A stretch of 64,000 nt of DNA from Candidatus Latescibacterota bacterium (GTDB lineage: Bacteria > Latescibacterota > UBA2968): assembly GCA_965198115.1 (NCBI GenBank), contig OZ240241.1, forward strand, positions 38,323 to 102,322, given 5' to 3'. The translations under genes and the position numbers were made by a program. Positions within the stretch are counted from its first letter, which is position 1; each line of letters begins with the position of its first letter. A model generated the notes under the pieces. It saw nothing but the letters and a program-made list of their open reading frames with translations, searched no databases and had not been told where the DNA came from. Shown one piece after another: positions 44,116-53,104 of the stretch.

Positions 44116-44895
44116 CAGGTGTACCGTCAGTTTGGCTTGCACCCCTCCAAAGACAGCGACAAGCGCACCGTCCAAAACTTCCGCACCCAAGCTCTACGGG
44201 AGTTGAAGAAGATCAAGCTCGCTTGGCCGGAGTTGAACTACTCAACCGCTCCGGGCCTCCTGATCCTGCATCCCTCGATCCCGGCCATCGCGCCGCTCAA
44301 TCAAGGCCAGCTGACAAGTACTGTCTCCGACTCCAGAATCCGTTGCGCCCACCGCCCATCATTTTTCTGCCATCACTCATCGGCTCCAGTCGATATCGGG
44401 GACGCGGCTGGGGCGGTTCCGGTCCCACGTCTGCCGTGCCCGCTCCGCGATCCGCTCGGTGAGCTCGCGAAATTTGCTGGTCCACGAACGCCAGCGCCCC
44501 CTCGATCCACCCTGCGCGGTTGCGATACGCGACCGCGCCCGCATCTGCGACCCGACCGAATCAGGTCTGTTCAACACAATACCGGACCTTCTCGACTCGT
44601 TAGCGTCTTCACTGTCGTTGTTATCTTCGCTCTCTGTCGCGGAGACCGAGTGAATGGATGTGGCCATGGTTTTCGATCCCGGCAAGATCCCGAACGTATA
44701 CGACGAAGGACGGGCTGGCGCACGACCACGTGCGAGCTGTGGGCCCTCGCGTCCTTATCCCCCACGCACCGCGCCTAATCTCAGAGCAATTTTGCAGGTC
44801 TCTGCTGGACTAGGTTCATTGTGAATGAAGCTAAGGACTCGATTGACAAATGCTCTTGTTAGCAATTCTGTTAGCAATTCTGTTAGCAAAATTGC

Positions 44896-44929
44896 AAAAG
44901 GGGCAATCCCCTAATGGGGTGCCCCTTTT
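44896..44929. terminator. GC-rich hairpin with flanking A/T runs (bidirectional terminator-like)
   Basis: AAAAGGGGCA-ATCCCCTAATGGGG-TGCCCCTTTT. ISL3 copy D is inserted in the T/A tract immediately after it. Confidence 0.55.
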
Positions 44930-44935
44930 AAATAT

Positions 44936-46362
44936 GGCTATATCCGGATCTCTCAACGAGATGAAGTGGGTGAAGGTGCCGTGGTTCCTGGCATGGGGGC
45001 GCGGTTAGAGTGTGCGGAACCTCTTCGGAATCTGCTCAGGGATGTTTATGTCTCCGACGGTAAGGAAGATCATATCGTTGAATGCGTCGAGTGTGCGGAA
45101 TCCGCTGGCTCGGTTCTTGACGATTTGGACGATTCGGTTGAGGCCTTCGGCGATGGCGTTGGTAAGACGCGTGTTCACGAATGCGAGGACGCCGAAGAAG
45201 TGCTGTCGCAGGGTCCTGACGAACTTTCGCAGGGGTTCAAGTCGACTTCTGAGTGCGGACGTCGTCCAGCATTTCAGGAAGCGTTCGGCAGCCCAGGGCG
45301 CTTTGTATTCCCAGAACTGCTCGAACTCGTCCTTGAGTCTCCAGGCTCTATAGATTCGGTAGTTCGCCTTCTCCAGTGCTTCGAGTGTCCGAGTATCCCC
45401 TCTGGAGCGTGTCGCTGAGTGCCGGTAGAGGAGCCATCGGAGGCCCTTCATGGCTTTGCGCTCATCCGGGGCAGCTTTACGCCACTGGTCCTTACGGACC
45501 TCGTCAACGGCGGCATTGAGAGCCTTGACGATGTGAAAGCGATCGAGGACCAGCTTGGCATTCGGACAGTGTTCCTGGATGGCTCCGATGTAAGCTTCAA
45601 GCTTCGCTCATGTCGCAGCAGGCCCACCCGATCTTGGATCTCCGGTAGGGACTGAGAGCCTCTGTGAAGAACCGATCGATCGTTTTACGCGCCCTGCCGC
45701 GGCCAACCCACACCACGCAGGAGCGGTCCAGATCGTAAACGAGCGTGGCGTACCTGTGACGCTTGGCGTAGGAGATCTCGTCGATCCCGATGGTTTTGAG
45801 CCCTCGGATACGATGACCTTCACGAAGCCGCGTGATGGATCGGTGAAGGAGATCCGACAGCGTCGAGGCAGAGATGCGCAGTAACTCGGACGCCGCCTTC
45901 TGCGTCATGGTCTGGCAGTAGCGCAGCATGGCATACTCGAAGCGATACGTCACCCGAGAGAACCGCTCCGCCCACGGAATCTCCTCGACCACACGACCGT
46001 GGGTAGGACACCGAATCTCCCGAGGATGGTAGAGAAGCCAGACCCTCCACCCGCACACCGGAATGTCACGCCACCGACGCGGATGGGGCATTGTGCGGAC
46101 GATTTTACCTCGACGGCCGCACTCCGGACAACAACAACCATTCTTATGTGGCTTTACGGCGATGACGAAGCAGCTTCTCCCCTCAAACCACCAGCTGACA
46201 ACACGGAACCCCTTGAATCTCAGCAGTTTCGATAGTAATCTGCTCCCGGTCATAGGTCGCACCCCCTTCGCTTTGATTGTCCTACACACACAACCAAGCG
46301 TAGGGAACGATCTATGACCTTGTCATTCTATAGTTTCACCGTTGAGAAACCCGGATAGAGCC
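44936..46362 (-). mobile_element. ISL3-family IS, copy D (1427 bp, inactivated)
   Basis: Same ends. A perfect 8-bp TSD TTAAATAT sits at 44928..44935 and 46363..46370. A 7-bp tandem duplication AAGCTTC|AAGCTTC lies at 45592..45605. Confidence 0.9.
45005..46289 (-). pseudogene. ISL3-family transposase split by a 7-bp duplication
   Basis: Track ORFs 45597..46289 (230 aa) and 45005..45451 (148 aa) are the two halves of the 425-aa protein. Confidence 0.88.
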
Positions 46363-46390
46363 TTAAATATCTGTTTCTGAGTGAGTTAAG

Positions 46391-46467
46391 TGGTGGGCGA
46401 TACTGGACTTGAACCAGTGACCTCCTGCATGTCAAGCAGGCACTCTAACCACCTGAGCTAATCGCCC
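46391..46467 (-). tRNA. tRNA-Val: tRNA-Val (anticodon GAC), CCA encoded
   Basis: The reverse complement is GGGCGATTAGCTCAGGTGGTTAGAGTGCCTGCTTGACATGCAGGAGGTCACTGGTTCAAGTCCAGTATCGCCCACCA. It has a 7-bp acceptor stem GGGCGAT/ATCGCCC, an anticodon stem CCTGC/GCAGG with loop TTGACAT, and a T-arm ACTGG-TTCAAGT-CCAGT. Confidence 0.93.
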
Positions 46468-46858
46468 ACTTCACTCAATTCGGCGAAATATACCAAGAAG
46501 AATCAGGTGGTGCAAGGACAATCCTGATCAGAAACCTTTGTAAAACCGATTGTTACGTCAGTTGTGTTCCAGATCACGCTCTTGGTGTGATCGCGCTTAC
46601 GGCGGGGCTACCGGCTTGAGTCGATACTTGAATCATAGCGAAATCCCTTGGGAGGTATGGGGAGACGGCTTGACGTCCGGACGACAGTGTAACCAAGCCC
46701 TGCACGACCCGATTCTACGAAGGCCCATTGGCCACGTCGGGTGTCGTTCGAATGACGAGGGTCGTCTCCCCTTTTATATTCGAAGCGGTCAACGCAGAGA
46801 GCGCGAGAGACGCAGGGGAAGACTGGAACGGGGAGCGTGAAACAACACACAGGGGGCG

Positions 46859-47347
46859 ATGGAAGGTCGGGGCATGAAAACGTCGGATATGCATACGCTG
46901 GTTCGGAAGATTCCGCTGTTCCACGGCGTGGAGCCCGGATACATACGGGAACTGCTCGCCGATGTGGAGATCCAAAACTTCAAAACCGGCGAGACACTGT
47001 GCGAGGAGGGTAACGACAGCCGGTTTCTATTCGTCGTACTGAGGGGAAAGCTGACAATCAAACGACAGGGGGTCGACCTGGCTCACGTGTCGGCCGTTGA
47101 CATCGTTGGCGAGATGGGTGTGATCACGGATTCACCGCGGTGCGCAACGGTGACGGCTGAGGAGGAGGCGACCGTCGTCGTCATTCCGAAAAGTCGGTTC
47201 AGCTACGTGATCGGGCTCGATCACGAACTGGCGGCGACCGTTTACCGAAACGTCCTGACCGCCACCTTCGCGAAACTCCAATCGATGAATGATCACATGC
47301 ACGACCATCTGTCGGGCGACGGGTTTGGTCTCGCGACATCGGTCTGA
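46859..47347 (+). CDS. cyclic-nucleotide-binding domain protein
   Basis: 162 aa. IPLFHGVEPGYIRELLADVEIQNFKTGETLCEEGNDSRFLFVVLRGKL...VGEMGVITDSPRCATVTAEEEATVVVI fits the cNMP-binding beta-barrel (F..L........G..GE......R.A.V.A). Confidence 0.8.
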   Translation: MEGRGMKTSDMHTLVRKIPLFHGVEPGYIRELLADVEIQNFKTGETLCEEGNDSRFLFVVLRGKLTIKRQGVDLAHVSAVDIVGEMGVITDSPRCATVTAEEEATVVVIPKSRFSYVIGLDHELAATVYRNVLTATFAKLQSMNDHMHDHLSGDGFGLATSV

Positions 47348-47573
47348 GAACAAGACTGCCTACCACGAAAAACACGAAATAACGAACGGGGAGATTGGGC
47401 TACCACGGAGGCTCTATCGGGGGTCAGATCGAGGATGCCCGGAAAACCGAAGCTTGACATCGGCCGGATCAATCCGGCTATGCAGATATAGCTTGCGGCC
47501 CCAGCCCTACGTGAAGGTTGGGCTTGAGTTCGCGCGTGCGATGCCACATCTTGGTGTGTCCTTTCAACGAACA

Positions 47574-48269
47574 ATGAGGAGACACGAGATGGCAAGGTAC
47601 ACGGCATCCGTCGATAAACGATTCAAGAGTCCGGGCCCTCAGCCGAATGGCATTCAGGCCGCCGAAGACGCGCTCTGGATCATCGATCAGGTCAATCTGA
47701 AGGTACACAAGGTGGATTGGGACAGCGGTGAGGTCCTGCACGAGTTCGATACGGAAACCGAACACTCGAGTGGCATTACGCTCGGCGACGATGCCGTCTG
47801 GATTGCCTCGACTTACCAGCTCGAGATTGTCAAGATCGACCCGTCCGACGGAACGACCCTCGAGCGCTACCCGGACCCAGGGAGAGGGATCACTGCAGGT
47901 CGAGAGCTGATCGGCGATACGAAGGAGTCGGGCGCACACGGTCTCGAATTCCGAGACGGGAAAGTTTACGTCGCTTCGCCCCCCACCCAGGCGGTTCACG
48001 TGATGGATGTCAAGACTTGGGAGGAGGTTGCGACGTTTCCTTCAGGTGGCCTGCGGGCTCACGGAATAGGATGGAGTGATTGTGGTCGACTGTGGGTGTC
48101 GGATACGTCGGCCGGAACAGTGATGCTGATGGATGCCGAGAACGGACGGGTCTACGACGTGTTCCGAGTCAACGAGCCGGAGGAGGTACACGGAATGACG
48201 GTTCGGGACAACGGTGAGATCTGGTATTGCGATGCGGGGCCAGGGGATATCGGGGTGCTCGTTCGGTAG
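47574..48269 (+). CDS. beta-propeller repeat protein (glutaminyl-cyclase / Vgb-lyase-like)
   Basis: Repeated blades of ~45 aa with G(I/L)..D....W(I/V).D-type motifs (GIQAAEDALWIID, GITLGDDAVWIAS, GLEFRDGKVYVAS, GIGWSDCGRLWVSD, GMTVRDNGEIWYCD). The start is at 47574 or 47589. I rejected the long upstream extension of the track ORF (from 47289) because it is non-coding-looking and overlaps the previous gene. Confidence 0.6.
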   Translation: MRRHEMARYTASVDKRFKSPGPQPNGIQAAEDALWIIDQVNLKVHKVDWDSGEVLHEFDTETEHSSGITLGDDAVWIASTYQLEIVKIDPSDGTTLERYPDPGRGITAGRELIGDTKESGAHGLEFRDGKVYVASPPTQAVHVMDVKTWEEVATFPSGGLRAHGIGWSDCGRLWVSDTSAGTVMLMDAENGRVYDVFRVNEPEEVHGMTVRDNGEIWYCDAGPGDIGVLVR

Positions 48270-48558
48270 GGTGGAGCCAGGAAGAAGGTCACGGCAGCGT
48301 CGGGGTGCGGAGGTTGAGGTAGGGTTGTGACGTGAACCGTTGTCCGTAATCTGTTGGCCGGGAAAACTCCCTCGGAGAGGTCTGGGAGTAGGACCTAGGA
48401 CTGACATAGACCGGAATAGCTTGGGAACGAGAACGGCTCGAGTACCTCATGGTACTCAAGCCGTTTTGCATTTTGTCCATACGTCGTAGGGACGGTTCGC
48501 GAACCGTATTTACCAGCGATTCGTGTTACGTCTTCTTGACCGTGCCGCCACGGACGTC

Positions 48559-49449
48559 CTAGCCGATGCGTTCGCCGGAGATCCAGGTTTTTACCCCGTT
48601 CGAGGCGAGATAGGGGAGCGGCTTGCCGGCGGTGTGGGTGCCTGGACCGTAGAGAACGGCTTGTTGTTCCGGGGTGAGCTCGTTGACCCAGTCGCCGTGA
48701 CGTTCTTGAGGCGTGAAATAGCGGCCCACGTCCCTGCAGGCGGCTCTTTCGGTGTACTTGTAGAGGACGGATCGCCGGTCGTGATCGGCGATCCATTGCC
48801 AAGGTGCCGTGTGTGGCGTTCTCGGTAAAGAAGACGACGTCTCCGGCTTTCATTTCGGGCTGAACGACGAGGCCCATGTCGTCTTCCACCGTGTCGAGTC
48901 CGTCGGGTTTGGGTTCGTTGGACTTGTGGCTGCCAGGTACGATGCAGAAGCCGCAGCTCCCGCCGGCGCATCTGTGAACTGCCAGGTCACAGTCACTGCG
49001 CGGGCGAAAATCTGTCCATTCTGGTGGTGATACCAGTCCCTTGGACTGAAGGGCTCGCCCGCACAGTGCAGCGTGCCCCCGTCGGTCCCTTTCTGTCCAC
49101 TGATGAGCCAGGGACCGTGGTCGAGGCGGAAGCCCTTGCCACAGAATGCGGTCAGTCGGGCGACGACGACGGGATGGACGAGTAGCTTCCGGAACGGTTT
49201 ACGATACTCGTCGGGCCACTCGAGGATGCCCCACAGTTCGCTGCGTCCAGCCTTCCCGACGGTCAGCGCTTTCGACCCCCTGGTCTGGGATCCCTGTGGA
49301 CGTACGGCGAGTTGGTTCGCGTGGTGGTCAATGGCGTCGTTGCATGCCTTGATTTTCTCGTCGGTCAGGACGTTGTGGACGACGAGGTAGCCGCGAAGGT
49401 CGAAGTAATAGAGCTCTTCATCGGTGACGACATGTTTTGGCGTTGCCAC
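48559..49449 (-). pseudogene. PhyH-family (phytanoyl-CoA dioxygenase-like) oxygenase, paralog 1, two compensating frameshifts
   Basis: The N-terminal part (48850..49449) is ...YYFDLRGYLVVHNVLTDEKIKACNDAI...GFRLDHGPWLI...VTVTWQFTDA. The middle part, GGSCGFCIVPGSHKSNEPKPDGLDTVEDDMGLVVQPEMKAGDVVFFTENATHGT, lies in another frame. The C-terminal part, W.ADHDRRSVLYKYTERAAC...GERIG*, returns to the first frame. The total span is 297 codons. Confidence 0.75.
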
Positions 49450-49452
49450 GGT

Positions 49453-50313
49453 TCAGTCCTCGATCTTGACGACACCGTCGTCGTCGATGGTGAGGATGGG
49501 AAGCTCGTCGCTGTAATTGGAATACGAACCCCACATGACGGCTTTTTCTTCGGGCGTCATCGTGCCGACGATGTGCTCACCCCAGTAGGTTTCGGGCGGC
49601 GCAAACTCGAAGGCAGGACCTGTGCGCGATGAGTAGCGTCCGGCGAACTTGAACAGGATCGTGCGGCGGGGGTGGTCGGCGTGCCAGGGAAGCGTGCCGT
49701 GCGTCTGAGCGCCGTCCATGAAGAAGAGGACGTCGCCGGCCTTCATCGGAACCTGGGCGACGGCGCCCACGTGATCTTCGAGATCACGAACGCCTTGCGG
49801 CATGCGAAACTTGGATTTGTGGCTGCCGCGAACACAGCCGAATCCACCTTTGCCGGGATCCGCGTCAGTCAAGTTCCAGGTGACCGTCACGCCTCCCGTG
49901 TGAAAACTTCCGTTCTGGTGCTTGTATCCGACGCCGGGCTTGTGCGGGTCACCCGATCCGTGTTGGGTTCCACCCTGCGTGCCCTTGACCGCGCCGATGA
50001 ACTGGGGGCCATGGTCGAGCCGGAACCCCTCCCCGCACATCACGTTGAGACGCGGCACAACCTGGGGGTGAGCCAGCATGTTACGGAAGGGATCGCAGTG
50101 GGGCTTTTCGAACTGAAGGACGTTGATGCCTCTCAGGCCGAGCCTTCCCGTGCCTATGAGGGCGGGGTTGTTGTGCCGTCGTTTGCCGGCCACGATGTGG
50201 TCTTGGTAACGATCTAGTGCGTCGTTGGCTGCCTTCAGTTCCTTCTTGCTGAGCACATTTCGGACAACGAGAAACCCGGTCAGGTCCCAATAGTAACGTT
50301 CTTTCGCATCCAA
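49453..50313 (-). CDS. PhyH-family Fe(II)/2OG oxygenase, paralog 2
   Basis: 286 aa, intact. MDAKERYYWDLTGFLVVRNVLSKKELKAANDAL..., GFRLDHGPQFI, GGFGCVRGSHKS, AGDVLFFMDGAQTHGTLPW. Confidence 0.85.
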   Translation of the reverse strand: MDAKERYYWDLTGFLVVRNVLSKKELKAANDALDRYQDHIVAGKRRHNNPALIGTGRLGLRGINVLQFEKPHCDPFRNMLAHPQVVPRLNVMCGEGFRLDHGPQFIGAVKGTQGGTQHGSGDPHKPGVGYKHQNGSFHTGGVTVTWNLTDADPGKGGFGCVRGSHKSKFRMPQGVRDLEDHVGAVAQVPMKAGDVLFFMDGAQTHGTLPWHADHPRRTILFKFAGRYSSRTGPAFEFAPPETYWGEHIVGTMTPEEKAVMWGSYSNYSDELPILTIDDDGVVKIED

Positions 50314-50333
50314 ATCGGTGGCCTCCTACGAAC

Positions 50334-51221
50334 TCAGGCTACACGCCTGTTCTGACGTCCGTCCCCGTTCGTGACTTCGACGCGACCGTCTTCGGTGACT
50401 TCAAGCATAGGGAGCTCGCTTCCAAAGTTGGAATAGGGTCCCCACATGACGGCCTTTTGCTCAGGGGACATGTTGTCGACCTCGTCGCCCCAGTATGTGT
50501 CTGGTGGAGCGACCTGTCTTGCCGCTCCGGTTCTGGAGGAGCAGCGGCCAGCGAATTTGAAGAGGATCGTGCGTCGAGGATGGTTGGCGTGCCACGGGAG
50601 GGTCCCGTGCGTCTGCGCGCCGTCCATGAAAAAGAGCACGTCACCCGCCTTCATGGGGACCTGTGCAACGGCCCCCAGGTGATCCTCGAGGTTACGTACG
50701 CCGCGTGGCATTCGATACTTGGACTTGTGGCTCCCACGTACGCACCCGAAGCCGCCCTTGCCCGGATCGGCATCCGTCAGATTCCACGTGACGGTCACGC
50801 CACCAACGAATGAAGTCCCGCTTACGTGGTGATACCTTACACCGTCCTTGCTAGGCTCGCCCGATCCGTGTTGGTGGCCGCCCTGGGTACCCTGGACCGC
50901 CCCGATGAACTGTGGACCGTGATCGAGCCGAAACCCACGCCCGCACATCACCTTCAGACGGGACACGATCTGGGGGTGGGCCAGCATGCTTCGGAAAGGA
51001 TCGCAGTAGGGTTTTTCGAATTGGAGGACGTTGGTGCCGCGTAGACCGAGTCGGCCGGTTCCCTTGAGGGCGGGATTGTCGGGTCCGGGTCTGCCGGGTT
51101 GGATCTGATCTTCGTAGTGATCGAGGGCGTCGTTGGCCGCCTCGAGCTCATCTTTGGTGAGCACGCTGCGGGCAACGAGAAATCCCGTCAGGTCCCAGAA
51201 GTAACGTTCTGTTTGATCCAT
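50334..51221 (-). CDS. PhyH-family Fe(II)/2OG oxygenase, paralog 3
   Basis: 295 aa, intact. Same motif set as paralog 2 (MDQTERYFWDLTGFLVARSVLTKDELEAANDAL...). Confidence 0.85.
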   Translation of the reverse strand: MDQTERYFWDLTGFLVARSVLTKDELEAANDALDHYEDQIQPGRPGPDNPALKGTGRLGLRGTNVLQFEKPYCDPFRSMLAHPQIVSRLKVMCGRGFRLDHGPQFIGAVQGTQGGHQHGSGEPSKDGVRYHHVSGTSFVGGVTVTWNLTDADPGKGGFGCVRGSHKSKYRMPRGVRNLEDHLGAVAQVPMKAGDVLFFMDGAQTHGTLPWHANHPRRTILFKFAGRCSSRTGAARQVAPPDTYWGDEVDNMSPEQKAVMWGPYSNFGSELPMLEVTEDGRVEVTNGDGRQNRRVA

Positions 51222-52152
51222 CGCGTCGTCTCCTTTGGCAAATCGCTACCTTGCTTCGATGGGGCCGCGACCTGTCCCTGCGGTTTCTGACGGGAGTTCT
51301 TCCTTTCGATCCGGACCTCTCCCTGCTCGGTCACATTCAACAGCGGAAGTTCACCGCCGTGGTTCGAGTAGGGGCCCCACATGACGGCTCGTTGTTCCTC
51401 CGACATCTCTTCAACGAGGTGCTCATCCCAATACGCCTCGGGGACCGCGGCTGCTCTGCCAACGCTGCGAGCACTCGTGCGTGACGCGTATTTCAAGAGG
51501 ATGGAACGACGTCCCGAGTCGAGCTTCCACGGCCACGCGCCGTGGGCTGCGCGCTGTCCATGAAGAAGAGGACGTCACCGGCTTCGACTGACGGCTGAAC
51601 TTGGACGCCCATGTCCGCGTCACCCGTGCGAACACCGTTGGGCGTTCGGTAATTCGACTTATGGCTCGCGGGGACACACGCGAAGCCGCCCGTCCCCGGT
51701 TTGCAGTCTGTGAGCTGCCAGGCGACGGTAACGCCGCCGACGTAGGGCGACCCGTTTTGATGATTGTATGCGACGTGTGGACGATGGGGTTCCCCATTCC
51801 CGTGGCATTGTGTGGCCGGCCGTGCCCTTGACGCTGACGATGAACATGGGGCCGTGGTCGAGTCGGAATCCCGGACCGCACATGACACGTAAGCGGGAGA
51901 CCACGGCGGGGTGGGCGAGGAGTCTGCGGAAGGGATCGGAGTCAGGCTTGGGGAATTCGAGAATCCCGGGGAGTTCGGGCGCCCGGTGCCCGCAAAGGCT
52001 TGCGAGTTGCCGCCCGTATTGCTGCCGACCCGAATCCGGCTACTGTAGCGTTCGACGACGTCGTTCGCCCCGTCGATCTCTCGCTGGCTGAGAGCACCCT
52101 TGACGACGAGGTACCCATTCAGATCCCAGAAATATCGTTCTCGTGCATCCAT
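51188..52152 (-). pseudogene. PhyH-family oxygenase, paralog 4, multiple frameshifts
   Basis: MDARERYFWDLNGYLVVKGALSQREIDGANDVV... goes out of frame after AGTGRP. The conserved MVSRLRVMCGPGFRLDHGPMFIVSVKGTAGHTM block is in ORF 51659..51904. The first frame then resumes (HGNGEPHRPHVAY...FFMDSAQ). The tail (KYASRTSARS...) is in ORF 51188..51496. Confidence 0.75.
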
Positions 52153-52179
52153 CGATGAGGTTTCCTTCGCTTAGGAGGA

Positions 52180-53079
52180 TCAGGCGACGCGTCTCTTTTC
52201 CCGTCTCCCGTTCACGTAGTCCTTGTTTGTGACTTCGACATCGCCATCGTCGGTGACGTCAAGCATGGGGACTTCGCCCCGGTGATTCGAATAGGGCCCA
52301 TACATCACGGCAAGCTGCTCTTCGGTCATCTCATCGACGATGTTTTCGTCCCAGTATGTCTGTGGCTGTGCGAGGGCGTGCGAAGAACGTACGGAAGTAC
52401 GAGAGGCGTATTTGAAAAGGATGGATCGGCGTCCAGTGTCCAGTTTCCACGGCCATGCGCCGTGTGATTGTGCACTGTCCATGAAGAAGACGATGTCCCC
52501 GGCTTCGACGACGGGCTGGGTGGTGACGTCCATGTCATTGTCGCCGGTTCGGACGCCGTCGGGCATTCGATAGTTCGCCTTGTGGCTGGCAGAGACACAG
52601 GCGAACCCACCCATGTTGGGTTTACAATCGTGTAGCTGCCAGGCCACGGTGACGCCGCCTGTGTAGGTGACCCCGTTCTGATGGGTGTATGCGACGTGTG
52701 GTCTGTGTGGCTCGCCGTTCCCGTGCATGGTGTGCCCGGCCGTTCCTTTAACGCTGACGATAAACATTGGGCCGTGGTCGAGCCGGAAGCCAGGCCCGCA
52801 CATGACCCTGAGTCTCGATACAACGGCGGCGTGGGCGAGCATGTTTCGGAAGGGGAGGCAGTCGGGTTGAGGATATTCCAGGACACCGGGCAGCATGGGA
52901 CGTCCCGTGCCGGCGAATGTTTTTGAGTCTCTGGCGGTGGAACCGCCAACCCGGATGGTGTGACTGTATTTTTCGACAATTTCGTTGGCTTCGGCGATTT
53001 CGTCTGCCGACATCACGCCCTTGGCGACGACGTAGCCGTTTAGGTCCCAGAAATAGCGTTCGCGCGCATCCATGGCCAT
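52180..53079 (-). CDS. PhyH-family Fe(II)/2OG oxygenase, paralog 5
   Basis: 299 aa, intact, and closest to paralog 4 (MAMDARERYFWDLNGYVVAKGVMSADEIAEANEIV...). Confidence 0.85.
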   Translation of the reverse strand: MAMDARERYFWDLNGYVVAKGVMSADEIAEANEIVEKYSHTIRVGGSTARDSKTFAGTGRPMLPGVLEYPQPDCLPFRNMLAHAAVVSRLRVMCGPGFRLDHGPMFIVSVKGTAGHTMHGNGEPHRPHVAYTHQNGVTYTGGVTVAWQLHDCKPNMGGFACVSASHKANYRMPDGVRTGDNDMDVTTQPVVEAGDIVFFMDSAQSHGAWPWKLDTGRRSILFKYASRTSVRSSHALAQPQTYWDENIVDEMTEEQLAVMYGPYSNHRGEVPMLDVTDDGDVEVTNKDYVNGRREKRRVA

Positions 53080-53104
53080 CCTCCGGAAGTGGCGTGCAAA
53101 GCAG

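Noticed and set aside
47289-47573. N-terminal 95-codon extension of the beta-propeller ORF
   Set aside because: It overlaps the 3' end of the cNMP-binding gene, has an odd composition and contains no propeller blades. The internal ATGs at 47574/47589 precede the first blade.
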